Shown one piece after another: positions 37,501-49,738 of a DNA stretch of 64,000 nucleotides. Position 1 is the stretch's first letter. The number at the start of each line of letters is the position of its first letter. The notes under the pieces were generated by a model that was not told where the DNA came from, searched no databases, and worked only from the letters and a program-made list of their open reading frames with translations. Position numbers and translations under genes: made by a program. The stretch comes from Geosiphon pyriformis uo1. Taxonomy: Eukaryota; Fungi; Glomeromycota. The DNA lies in contig JAAOMT010000572.1 in the NCBI GenBank assembly GCA_016748015.1, positions 248,001 through 312,000 on the forward strand, in the 5' to 3' direction.

Positions 37501-39933
37501 AAGCTTTTGTGAAAGACATAATTTAAATTTTCTTTTTTCACTAATTTTCTTATAATCATTTATAGAGTTATACTTGAAATAAATAAGCGGATGCCTTTGT
37601 TCAAATTTTTTTTGAACTTTATAAAAGCACTTGCCAAAGCTTTCGCTGTTTACAGGCTAGAAACAAAAATTAGCTCCTAGCTTCCTAAAATTTAGTTTCA
37701 ATTCAATGTATCACTTTGTACTTATCTTCGTTCTTTATTGTTTTTTCATTGGCAACTGAAGCTAAACTAAAAAATATAGACTATTTCATTGGATATAACT
37801 ATAATACGTCAGAAAAATCTTGTGAACAACTCTTCAACATTTATAATTGCTGCACTTGTCAAAAATTTACTTTCTTGTCCTAGGCTAACCAATTTCAAGG
37901 CTGCTGAAATTTGAATGACTTTATGTATTCTGATAACATTGGTCTTTTATCTGATTCTGCCATTGAAAAAGCATTCTCACAATAATGTCATCTTCAAATT
38001 CTTGGAGTTTTACATAAAAAAATTGAAATTGTTTGATTGAGACGAGAGTGGGCCGAAGAAAAACGAAACTTTCCCTATTGGAGAAACTTGAGCCGCTTTG
38101 TATACTCTAAATCTAAAAAAAATTATTTTCTCTGTTCAACCAATCTGGCTAATGATATGTATCTATAGTTGTATACTCGATTAATTTTTTGGTACATGCC
38201 TAATAATTTCTCTTTTAAAAATTTCCTTTTTTAATCCTGAAAAAAACTGTAAAATTTTGTATAAAAGTCTTTAGACAAAAAAAAAGTAGATTCAAATATA
38301 AGCGATATCACACGCGATAACCATGCTTCCTATTACTTTTTGTACTCACCCCCACAAATTGAAATAACATATTATAGTCTTTTTAATAAACGAGGCCAAA
38401 AAGTGCTACTTTCTAATGAAACAATTTGCAGTGATTGTTTCAAAAAGCTTGCCACTTCATAGATTGATTATCTCCAATAAAATTCACCTTCAATTCCGAG
38501 TTTTCACATCTTTATGTTTAATTTCTAGAAATAAAAATTATTAACCAATAATAGCATATATCGAAACTATAATAAAATCTTTCATTTTTTAATTAAAAGC
38601 CAGTAATTCTTACATTTCAGAAAAAAAAAATTAAAGAAATGTAATAAATTAAAAAATTTTTTTTTTTCAAAATGCCATTAAATTACATAATATAAATTCA
38701 TTTATAACCAACTTTTTTTAATCTTTCTAAAATTTCAATATTATAATGATTCTTAATGCTTTTTTTAAACTTTGAATAATAATTAGTTTAATGAATATAA
38801 ACTTTGGTAACAGAAAGTATTGCCTATTAAAAATTCTAAAATCTTAATACTTTTATTTTTTATAAACAAACTTTTTGATAAGTAACAAAAAACTTATTTT
38901 GACATTATGTACTACGAGAATTTAAGGCTAATACTTGCCACCTTCATTGAATGTAACCTAATTCAAATTAGAAACATTTTGGGATTTCTTTATTAGGTGG
39001 CTTTTTTTAGAAGTTCACAGTATTAAAAATATCACTAAGATTTTCTACTCTTTACCAATTATTGTTGTTTAGAATACAAAAATTATTCAACATTTTGAGT
39101 TGTGAAAATCCCCCAAGATTTAGAATTTTTTTTTTGAAAGTTCTATGATTGAAAATTGCAACATTCTCAAAAATTAACTGGCTTATCGCGGTAATTTATA
39201 ATCTAACATGTGGGAAACGCATATTATAATACAAAGTTTCTTCACTTGAGGAGAGCGTCGTAGCCTACATAATGAAGAACTTGACTTTTTTCGACCTTGA
39301 GAACAGAGTTATGTTCCTGGGTTTCTTTAAAAAAAATTTTGTCTACAAGGGGCGATAAATTTAACTGTTAATCTTTGAAAGACATGGCAGTCGAGGGAAA
39401 TTCCTATGTCAATATTTTCTTCGCCTGTGGTATTAAGATCTCATTATCTCGTAAACAAACAAATTTGTTACTGAAAGGATGGAGAAAATCGACGAGTTAT
39501 TTTTTTAGAATCTCCTAGACAAGAGAATTCGGTTGGACTTTTAAATTGAAGAATTTTATATAATTGGTTGTTATGGAATCAATTAAAATCATTCTGTTGT
39601 TTCGAAAAATCAGCATTCAATTTTAGGGTACCCATCATATGATCATTATCGTGAGTATCACGAAATAAAAGGATTAAAATGACAAGACTGAACGATGGTC
39701 CGCGGCATATAAAATAATAATTTGCTTATATGATTCAATAAGAAATTTTCAAGCTACTATATTTTGAGCTCTGAAGAGAGTTATAAATGAAAAATTCTCA
39801 TCAAAATTTTTTTTTTTGAAAGTTTTCCCAAATAAAACGTTGAATCAATATTTTTCCCTACAAATTATTTCAAACTTGCAACGGTGAATAAAAATTGGGA
39901 AATTGGATTTTTGTTCATTTCAGAATTGAGGTC

Positions 39934-40578
39934 TTAATAATCATTGGTCATAATGTGAAACAGCGGACGATTTCTCAGGCCATTCCACATAGCTTTACGA
40001 TACCAATAGATGGCCTTATGGAGATCTTGCTCAGTCCCTTCCCCGGTTCCATAACATTCTGCTATTGCCTCCCGATACACAAAATCTTGCCCAGGGGCTG
40101 CTCGCTGGTAGCAAATAAAAGCTTTTCTCTTATCTTCAACCACTCCTGAACCATTTCCAAATTCATAACAAAAGCCCAAACGATAAGCAGCTTGAAGAGA
40201 TCCATTCATCATCGCTCGCTTCAATAACTCATAGCCAGTTTCACCCTTGTTTTCCAGTATGATGTTGGCTCCTCCCCCATGGAGAAAATATCCCAGATTA
40301 TATTGACCATAATGATATCCCAATTCTGCAGAAACCTTGTACCATTTCATCATTTCATTGATGTTTTCTGGAGTTCCAATTCCCCAAAAATAACAAAATC
40401 CAAGTATGTGAGCGTATTCAGGGTTTTCCCGTGCTACCTCAGATAGTTGCTCAAAAAGGCTTTGTGAGGTCAGATTTTTCATTTCTAACCAACTTTCTAT
40501 GCTCTCCTTGATGAAGTCGTCGTTAGCACCTGAATCAATCACTAATGATATTTTTGTGGAGAGATCATGAAGATCCAT
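39934..40578 (-). CDS. Sel1-repeat protein (intronless)
   Basis: LGFCYFWGIGT, WYKVSAELG..GQYNLG, LGFCYEFGNG, IAECYGTGEGTEQDLHKAIYWYRKA. The first ATG is at 40578 (the track uses an upstream TTG). Confidence 0.9.
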   Translation of the reverse strand: MDLHDLSTKISLVIDSGANDDFIKESIESWLEMKNLTSQSLFEQLSEVARENPEYAHILGFCYFWGIGTPENINEMMKWYKVSAELGYHYGQYNLGYFLHGGGANIILENKGETGYELLKRAMMNGSLQAAYRLGFCYEFGNGSGVVEDKRKAFICYQRAAPGQDFVYREAIAECYGTGEGTEQDLHKAIYWYRKAMWNGLRNRPLFHIMTNDY

Positions 40579-40853
40579 GTTGGAAGAGGTGCTTTGCGGT
40601 GATACCAATGTCGAGGATTAATGTTTTGGTTTAACCTATTACACAAGTTAATAGTGATTGTCGTTTTGTGAAATATGAGCATTTCAACAATAAACTAAGT
40701 TCTCTTAGATTATATTGATCCCTTTTTTGGGCGTACTAAGTAATGGTTACGCAAATAATGCGTAATCTCAATGCGCTGACCTTAGGTTGATTTGGCAAAC
40801 TTGTCGTTTTCACAATATTGAACTTAATATTTCCAATCACTTAAATATTTTAA

Positions 40854-41835
40854 ATGAATGATATTTCGAACAAATTACGTATTTTGGATATCCATAATGA
40901 ATCATATGTAAATATGGAAAATTCTCTGCAAGCACAAGCAAACCTTTTAGCTCAAGATTTTGCCGATGAAATAACTCCAGAAGAAATCACTATAGCCGAC
41001 GAACTCATGACTATAGTCAACGAAGATAATGATAAATGGATGTCAGACGATAAAATTGACATTCATGTCAATGCATGGCTAAAAAAGTGCAATTATAATC
41101 CTGAGCGACTTTTTCAGGTTGCCCTTAGCCAAGGCCATCGTCTGGAATACACAATATCGCTTGGATTTTTGTATCGTTGGGGAATCGGAACCGAGAAAAA
41201 TGATGTCGAAGCTTTTTCATGGTACAAGGTTGCTGCTGATGCTGGTCTTTCTCTGGGAATTTCAGAAATTGGATACTGTTATCAAAATTCTCTAGGTGTT
41301 GAACAAAGTGATGAGAAAGCTTTGGAATGTTATATGAAGAGTGCAGAGATGGGAAATGCATTTGCACAATGTAGTTTGGCGACTTGTTATTCCCTTGGAG
41401 TGGCTACAGCGGTTGATTATGAGAAGGCTTTAATTTGGTATACACGTTCCGCCGTTGCGGGAAATTCTATTGCACAACATGACCTTGCGTATTCTTATTA
41501 TTGTGGTAACTATGATATTCGGGTGTTTTTTAAATTCCTAAAGTAATATTTGGATTTTGAATTTAATTTCTTCAATTCGTACAGGGCTTGGAACACGTAA
41601 AGATTATCGAACAGCATTTTATTGGTATCTGGAATCTGCCATGAAGGGTCTCGCTGCTGGTTGCTACAAGGTAGGAACATTGCTAAAGAAAGGCCATGGA
41701 ACGAACATTGATTTGCATGAAGCCTTATGGTGGTTTCGCAGAGGTCATAACTTTACGGAATTCGAGTCATCAGAATCCGAAACTCGTTGCTATTACTCAT
41801 TGCGTATCATTTTCACTTATGGAAATGGCGCTTGA
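40854..41835 (+). CDS. Sel1-repeat protein; intron 41506-41584
   Basis: Multiple Sel1 repeats (AFSWYKVAADAG, ALECYMKSAEMGNAFAQ, AFYWYLESA). A phase-1 GT-AG intron joins YYC G|GLGTRKD. Confidence 0.9.
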
Positions 41836-42224
41836 TTTAAGGTTTTAAAACTTGTAGTGCCGGAGGTAATGAAGCTGAAATCCGGCGACATACCTGTCAA
41901 CTTGGTATGAAAACCGGCGAAAAATAAGTCTCACAAAAAAAATATTCCTGATAAAAAATTAGGAGATTTTTAAGTTTTTCATTAATTGTATTTCATATAA
42001 ATAAAATTTCGATTTTTAAATTTAACTTCATTCGGTGAACAATGGATTTCCAAAATGCTTGTTTAAGTGTTCTATTGCGAATCACAAATATATTTTTTAA
42101 TTTTAATAGTTTGTGAAAATGAATTTGGAATAATCCCAATCGATTAATAGGTTTTCAGGTTGTGACAAGAAATAATATTTTTAAGAGATGACATAATCGT
42201 CCCAAAAGAAAAGAGAGAGAGATA

Positions 42225-43579
42225 CAGGGGGGTATAAAAAATATTGGACACTTTATAATATGTTATATAAAAGAACTAACTTATGAATCGTTAATTTTTT
42301 ATTATTATATTAAAATACATGTTAGTATTTTGTTTGACCCCCATTTGCTTCAAGAATAGCTTGAATTTGACGTGGCATAGACTTGATCAAATTACGATAG
42401 TAATTTACAGGTATCGCATCCCATTCTTCCTTAACCCACTGTTTCAATTGTACAATATTTGAGGGTTGTGAATTATGTTGACGAATATTAACTTCAATAT
42501 ATGACCAAGGATTTTCTATTGGAGTAATATCAGGACTTTGTGCTGGCCAAGGAAGTAATTCAACATTTGAAGAGGTAAGAAAAGAACGCCCAACTTTTGA
42601 TGTGTGGATTGGTGCATTGTCTTCCTGAAAAAAAAACTTTTTTTTAGTTTTTTTTGCATGAAGTTTTACCATAGGAATTGCATAATTAGCCAAGGTTTCC
42701 CGGTGTATAACTCCTGTAATATGACCAACCAAAGGAACTAAAGGACCCAAACCAACCCATGAAAAACATCCCCAAAACATGCGACCAAAGCTTTTTCTAA
42801 CTGTGGCTGCAATACAATCCTTATGAAACTCTTCGGAAGTTTTACGCCATACACGTCCAAATCCTTTAGTTCTTAATTGTGTATATGTAGATTCATCTGA
42901 CCAAACAACTCGTTTAAAATCTTCTACTGTCCAATTTTCATAAGTACGAGCCCATTGTAAACGTTTTTCTNNNNNNNNNNNNNNNNNNNNNNNNNNNNNN
43001 NNNNNNNNNNNNNNNNNNNNNNNNNNNNNNNNNNNNNNNNNNNNNNNNNNNNNNNNNNNNNNNNNNNNNNNNNNNNNNNNNNNNNNNNNNNNNNNNNNNN
43101 NNNNNNNNNNNNNNNNNNNNNNNNNNNNNNNNNNNNNNNNNNNNNNNNNNNNNNNNNNNNNNNNNNNNNNNNNNNNNNNNNNNNNNNNNNNNNNNNNNNN
43201 NNNNTAGGAAGTTTTTTTAGCTCGTATGACTTCATACATGTATTACAGAAGAACGTGAACATTCAATAGTCGTGGAAATCTCACTGTTTGTATGTCCTAA
43301 TTTTTTTGCTGAAATAATCCCTCCTTTTTGGTATTCAGAAAGTTCTTTTCCAAGACACATTTGATGCGGTAAATTTTTTCATGACAAGAATGTTTGATAT
43401 TTTATATATACGCGTATGATCCACTGTTGTGTTTTACAAGGACGCGATTTATGTTGATTTGTAGATTATAACTATAAGAAATTATAAAAAAAATTATGGC
43501 TTAAATTGGTAATGATATTACAATATATAGCCTTTTTTATATATTATATTAAGTGTCCAATACTTTTTATACCCCCCTG
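42225..43579 (-). mobile_element. Tc1/mariner DD34E DNA transposon with 29-bp TIRs and TA TSDs; spans an assembly gap
   Basis: TA|CAGGGGGGTATAAAAAATATTGGACACTT ... AAGTGTCCAATACTTTTTATACCCCCCTG|TA (1 mismatch). Confidence 0.95.
42322..43360 (-). pseudogene. Tc1-like transposase, probably disrupted near 43235 (stop or frameshift after the HTH)
   Basis: The N-terminus reads MCLGKELSEYQKGGII...SRSSVIHV*. The catalytic triad is WSDES, QEDNA, then 34 residues, then the E in SPDITPIEN. Ns at 42971-43203. Confidence 0.85.
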
Positions 43580-43656
43580 TATATGTCCTGGATTCAGTAA
43601 TCCTTTAGAATGAGTTTCCATAAAAATTTTATTACCCTATGCCAATCTTGCGATAC

Positions 43657-44300
43657 TCAGTACACAATTTCGTAACATCTATCCAGTTTTCTCATGGCTT
43701 TTGGATAAACCATATGGGAGTGCGTAGCAGATTTCTGATACCAAAAGAGGGCAGCAAACACATTTTCTTTTAACTCCTCACCATACTCATAGCATCTTCC
43801 AAGAGAGTATTGAGCGTTTGCTGCTCCAGCTTTGGCAGCTCTTTTAAACCAATAGAATGGACGTTGATGGCTCCTTTGCCTGCACGATAAATGACTCCCA
43901 GCAGAAATTGGGCTGATGGGCATAACTCTTCCACGGCTCTATGTCGTCAAAAATATGACTTGCCAATATTTCGTGGTGTTCCAATTTCATATCTATAACA
44001 ATCTGCCAATTGAGTCCGACCCTCTGATTGACCAGCTAATGCGAATATTTTGAACCTTTGAATGCTAATGAATGTGAAATGTCAGTACCAATGCCATATA
44101 AGTAGAAGAATTGATGAATTCAGGTAAATGCCTTCTTTGATAAACCAATCGAAAAGCCGGTTCTCCATGAATCATCATTACTTTCAATAGAATTTTCGCT
44201 ATCCGAAGCTTTTAAAGTATTTTGATGATGTTGGCAATATTGACTTGGTAAACATTCCATCCTTGTGAGGATCACTTTGGAAAAGATGGGCGCTGTAATA
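43657..44300 (-). pseudogene. Sel1-repeat pseudogene
   Basis: Fragments LYGIGTD, LADCYRYEIGTPR and FYWFKRAAKAGAANAQYSLGRCYEYG lie in different frames. Confidence 0.7.
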
Positions 44301-46257
44301 ACGTTCTTAAATGAAAAATAACAGTTATTTCTGCAGATTTAACTTTTGATCAAAAATGCAAGCTTTTCTTTAACCACTTGAAATTCCAATATACAAATTT
44401 GACAATGATTCATGAAAAAATTTACTTGTCATTTTATTACATACAAAAAAAGAAATATTTCAATTGAGGATCAGAAATAATAAATTTGAGCTGTTAGTTT
44501 TCTTTTTTTACCATGTAATAATATTATTAGTTTTTTTTATTAGGTAATTGTTTTGTTAAATTTTTTTATTTATTATTATTATTAGGTTTTTTATTATATT
44601 TATTTAATAATATATTATTTTTACTAAATGACATTCAAACTATCGATACAAAAATTTGAATTTAAATTGGTGAAATATTCAAAGAGTTAATGAAAAAAAA
44701 AATGGAAACCAGAAATGTTTGTCATGATTTCACTATTAAAGTTTAACTGGAAGAAAAAGAATAAAATCATAAGAATGTAAAATCAAAACCTTCTTCCATA
44801 TTTGTTAAGGATTAGCATGATTCTGAACTGGTGGTTGTTTTTTTAAATATAAAATGGAATCTGACTTATTGATACCAAAATTTCAGACACTATGGTAAAA
44901 TCTGAGATAAAAAGGATAAAAATAAAGAATTAGAAAGTGAATCAAAGTAAACTAAACAGCCATTAAAGAAAAATAAAGAAAGCAATGCCTCTTGTAGGAA
45001 CTATTGGTAGAATTTTGTTTTTCAAATAGAAAAGCTATAATGAAAAAGTTGCTCTTATTACATATGTCGGGTAAAAAGAATTGTTATCATTTTTTATCTT
45101 GACTTTTTTTTTAAATATATCTTTGAATTAATAAAAATTACTATTAAAAAAAATTTTCTAAAATGATATAAAATAACGCCTACTAAAGCCTGATTCTATA
45201 TTTTAAAAATATAGAGAGAGAAGCTAATATTTAATCTTTAGATTAAACTATCCAAAAAATTTCAGACATCTTAATTTCAGAGCATTCGTTTCCTAGAGAA
45301 TTTTAAGGGTTTGAACTTGAACTTTAACTTGAAATTATTTTTATAAATGGAAAAAAGACAAAATTATTAAAATTTTAAGTTTTGCGTAATCGTATTTTCG
45401 GGATCATAACCAAATTGTCATGAGTTTCAAACAACAAATACTAATCAAGACCTATTCAGATGTTATTGAAATTAACGTATATTCAAAATTTTCTTTATTT
45501 TTAAACTCCATCTTTCACCCTCTATTTTTCTTTGAATATATTGATTTAAAAAATTCAAACTTCAATTATTAAGAAAGTGAAGGCCTTATTTAAGCTATCA
45601 TAATATGACTTTTCTATAATTTAAAATTTTCTGAAAATTCTCTTTGGTTTTTTAACGAAAAGCACTTTCTTTTCCCAAGTCTTTTAATTAGGCGAACCGC
45701 ATCTAATATAATACTGAATATTACAAGTTTTCAATGAGAACTCAAGATATTAATGGAATATTAGGAATATTTGAGGTTATAGTCTTCAATAGAAAGTATT
45801 ACGAGGGATATTTAATATATTATCCTTCACTCTCGCATTTTACTAGGTTGAAAATTAGCTGAATAATTAATAAAATTGAATGGAATAAAAACAAAGAGAT
45901 TATATTTTTGCTAATGTTTCAGAATTTATTTCTCTAAGGCGTGACACTTTTTATCAATGCGATTATAAAAATTAAATTTTTTTTCATTGGAGTTTACAGT
46001 GTCCATTTCAATTATTGATTTATTTAGGAGGGAATATAAAACTAAATTATTCAAGTAAAATTGATTAATTATAAAAATAGCTGCAAAAAATCTTTAGCCA
46101 ACTACATATTTTTAATTAAAATGATGATTAATCAATATTGAAGAAAATATAATCCTTTCAATAAAATCGGTATAAAAAATTAGGGGCATAATGTGAGTTA
46201 ACTTCGAGCCAAATATTCTTTCTTCTTATAAATCTGTATTCTGAAATCTAATATTTT

Positions 46258-47632
46258 TCAATTAGTTTGAGACCAAGCTCGAGATAAAAATTCACGACAA
46301 TCTTTGAACGTGGTATTAAAATAAGGCCCAAAATGCACTGATGTTCCTCTACCATCAGTCCCTGAGTTACATTCCTACAAAACCAGAATTGAATCAGTTT
46401 AGTTTTCACGTATATTCAAGCAATAAAACCATTCTTGTATAACCTACCCTATTCTCGCCAGCTCCAACATTGACATATGAGTATCCAGGGCATTTGAAAA
46501 GATTATATAAGGAATTAAATTGATTAAGATTTGAATCTGGGCATTCACAATTTTTAGGTACAATCCATAATTCCATTTCATGATGACTGAGATCATAATC
46601 CCTGCGAAACGATTCCAAATAGCTGGGCATAAAATCGTTCGAATGTGTAACACGATAGACCTCCAATACTCTATTAACATATTTTGCGAAAGCAGCGTTT
46701 CCAATCCTTGGTTGACCAAAAGTGACTGCAGTAAATTCGAAATTCTGAATTTCGCTATCTTCTTGGTTAAGTGCAAAAAAAGCCTCCTTTATCATGAGTG
46801 CTGTTAATACTGCATAAGCTATTAAGTAGATAAGAAATCAAAGAAATAAATCTACAATGTAACAAGATAAAAATAGCTTGAAGTCAAATTTAAAAGGTGT
46901 TTTAAATACCCCCTCCAATTGCATGTCCAGTGAAATAAAATCGAACTCTTTTCATTTTAAGAGTATCTATGGACTTGCGTAGTAGGTTGAAAAGTGGTTC
47001 TATCATTTCACGCACATCATGATACCAACTGTGTTCCACATAGGCACCGTCCAATTCTTCATATTTCGTCAGCCTAGGTATCCTATTAACCCATTCTTCG
47101 ATACTCAAATCAGGAGCATGAAAATACATAATTACCTCATTACCTTTAATATTCATAACAGTGTTGACTAAAACATATTTCAAAATGAAATGATTTTTTT
47201 TGATGATGAGTATTAAAATAAATTCAATGAAAATCAATGAAACTTCTTAATAATACCATATGTTGTTTCAGAGCCTATAGTACCCGGAGCGGAAGGGTAA
47301 CAGTAAGCCATATTGGCACAACGAGCCATTTGAGTGAGAAATAAAATGGTTCCCTCACTATTTAATCGAGTTATTGGCGGTGAGTTTGATGAGTCACCAC
47401 CCTGAAAATTTTGTCCATCATTTATTGCAATGTCATTCGAATAAATTCTTCGTCTGAAATTTTTATCCAACAATTCTAAATGTTTTTTAAGCTTTCCTTT
47501 TGTAATCTCCCTCTTCGGCCTCCAACTTTGACCAAAAATTCTTGATTGTACCAAAGCAAAGATTACAATTGTAATACTCGTAGTTATAATCAATACTCTG
47601 AGAGCGCCAGATTTGCTTATTGAATTTAGCAT
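46258..47632 (-). CDS. Lipase class 3 family protein with an N-terminal hydrophobic anchor; nucleophile motif GHAIGG (no Ser); exons 47632-47257, 47167-46910, 46818-46448, 46374-46258
   Basis: MARCANMAYC; FYFTGHAIGGAYAVLTAL; VTFGQPRIGNAAFA; RVTHSNDFMP; HHEMELWI; ECNSG...HFGPYF. All splice junctions are GT-AG and in frame. Confidence 0.9.
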
Positions 47633-48134
47633 TGATGGAAGTGTGACAGGATATTACTTGTATGAACCGAATGTATATTTTAAATTATTATCTTAATGTT
47701 TGTCGGGATCGGAATTTAATTGTTCCATTTTTTTTAAAAGTTTTTGTTTATCGAGAATTTTTTCTCTTGACTTTACCATTAATTGTTATTCATTATAATT
47801 AAAAATTATCTTTTAGTCATACTTAATTTATGTCATCAGATTCCCTTTAACCATATACATGTATCAGAAATAGTAAATTTCGTATTTTTTTAAATAAAAA
47901 AATGAATTCGAATTCAATTTTTAAAGCTAATGTTTATATTATAGAAGCTAGAATTTTAGATTTCGCTCCTTTTCGCAAGTATATGCCATTATCTTAAGTG
48001 CTGCACCAATTCTATCGTAATCCTTGAATTTAAGTTCCTTTTTGGGTAAATTGGACAATTCAAGTTATCGTAAATCATTCCTTTAAATTAGTCGTCTAAT
48101 TCAATTTGTCAGCACTAGTGTGAATGTCGAATTT

Positions 48135-48716
48135 GCCGTCTACAAAACCCAAGTGAATAGCTTTATTCATGCAGTCTTTATTGATCCTGGTATTTATACA
48201 CCTTTTACATGATATTTTCTTACTAAAGAAATAGGTAAAATTGGTCAATAAGATATTGAATGTATTGCTCGTATTTGCCTCTACATTGACAATTTAATAT
48301 TACAAAAAGACAAGTTGGTACAATCAACTTCTAAATGCAAAAAGAAGAAGGCTAAAAGACTTGATAAAGCAAATAGCAAATATTGAATGAAAAATTAAAT
48401 ACTTGCAAAATGAGATTCACAGAAAGACTATTGTTTTTTTTTTTGCTTATAAATTTGATATTATTATTATTATCAAATATGATAAACTGAAAAACAAGAA
48501 AAATTACAAAAAAAACAGTTTAAAAGATACTTGGCTCACATTATCGATTTCGACAATGTTTAATAGCCAAAGCAGAGGAATTAAGAGTTCATGTCATTAT
48601 GCAAAATGAAGCTTATACGTCCAAGACTTGCAGTTGGCACTCGGGGAATTTTTCTCTGGGGATCATGCAGGAAATAGTAGCAATGCTTAGGATTATCTAT
48701 TATTGATATATAACGG
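48135..48716 (+). mobile_element. Decayed Fanzor2 / IS607-type TnpB remnant (RuvC region plus probable right end)
   Basis: Manual translation across stops and frameshifts: AVFIDPGIYTPFT*Y..GKIG..DI..I.RIC..ID.L...KRLDKA...IKYLQNEIHRKTI...FD.I...RKITKKTV.K...AHYRFRQ.LIAKAEE..VHVIMQNEAYTSKTCSW/GxRGIFL. Confidence 0.8.
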
Positions 48717-48806
48717 ATGTACAGGAATTAGATATCATGATCGCCCAAACATGTGCCACTGCTTTTAGCAAATACTTTGTTAAAACTTTTTTTACTTGAA
48801 TCTAAG

Positions 48807-49738
48807 ATGAATTCCAGAAAAATTATTAAATCTCCTTCGATTGTTCCAGTTGCTTATATCGAGCCAGAAGAAATCACGAATTTTGAAATCGAGACAAATG
48901 ACATAGCACTGGCTGAAGAGCTTTTAAAAATTGTAAACGACGACAACAAACAGTGGATATTAGATCCTGATATAGTGGTGCATGTTCAATCCTGGCTCAT
49001 ATTAAACAAATACAACCCTGAAGATGTTTTTCGATCCATTTTTAATCAAAAACATCGTCCCGAATTTGCAATTTTACTCGGTTTTATATATAGGTGGAGC
49101 ATAGGAATGGTCACCCGTGATCTTTCAAAGTCTTTTCAATGGTACAAAGTTGCTGCCGAAGCAGGGTCAGCTTTAGCAATGACTGAAGTAGGTGTCTGTT
49201 ATTTCAATGGAGATGGGGTCACGATTGATAGAAGGAAAGCCCTGGAATACTACCAGAAAAGTGCTGAACTTGGAAATGCGTTTGGACAGTACAATCTTTC
49301 CTTTTGTCTTGAACATGGAATTGGAACTGAAGCTGATAAAGAGAAGGCTGTTAATTTGTTAAAAATTTCTGCTATGGCTGGAAATGCGTTTGCTCAACAT
49401 AGACTGGCTGTTGCTTATTTTGGAGGTAATTTGAAATACTATTTTTTTTTTGAATATTCAAAATATTTTTGAGATTTGATTTTTTTGTCAATTAATTGTT
49501 TTTTGGAATTTATATAGGAATCTCCATACCTGTAGATGAATATCTGGGGTTCTATTGGTTTCTTGAATCTGCTCAGAGAAAATATTCTCTTAGTTATTTT
49601 CAAGTTGGATTCAGTTATAACAAAGGTCATGGAATTGTGCGAGATTTTCACAAAGCTATTAAATGGTTTCGAAGATCACATCAGGCTGGACAGACTTGTG
49701 GGTCATTTTCTTTGCAGAAAATATTTCTGGCTAGATAA
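48807..49738 (+). CDS. Sel1-repeat protein; intron 49426-49517
   Basis: Paralog of the 40854 gene (same N-terminal cap, same intron position and phase); VGVCYFNGDGVTIDRRKALEYYQKSAELGNAFGQYNL. Confidence 0.9.

Noticed and set aside
37600-39720. Coding-like patches (possible old pseudogenes)
   Set aside because: I could not recover any recognisable motif by eye; a translated search is needed.
41857-41920. Hammerhead-like double hairpin
   Set aside because: The core reads CCGGCGA/AAAAC rather than CUGAnGA/GAAAC; a transposon end is the simpler explanation.
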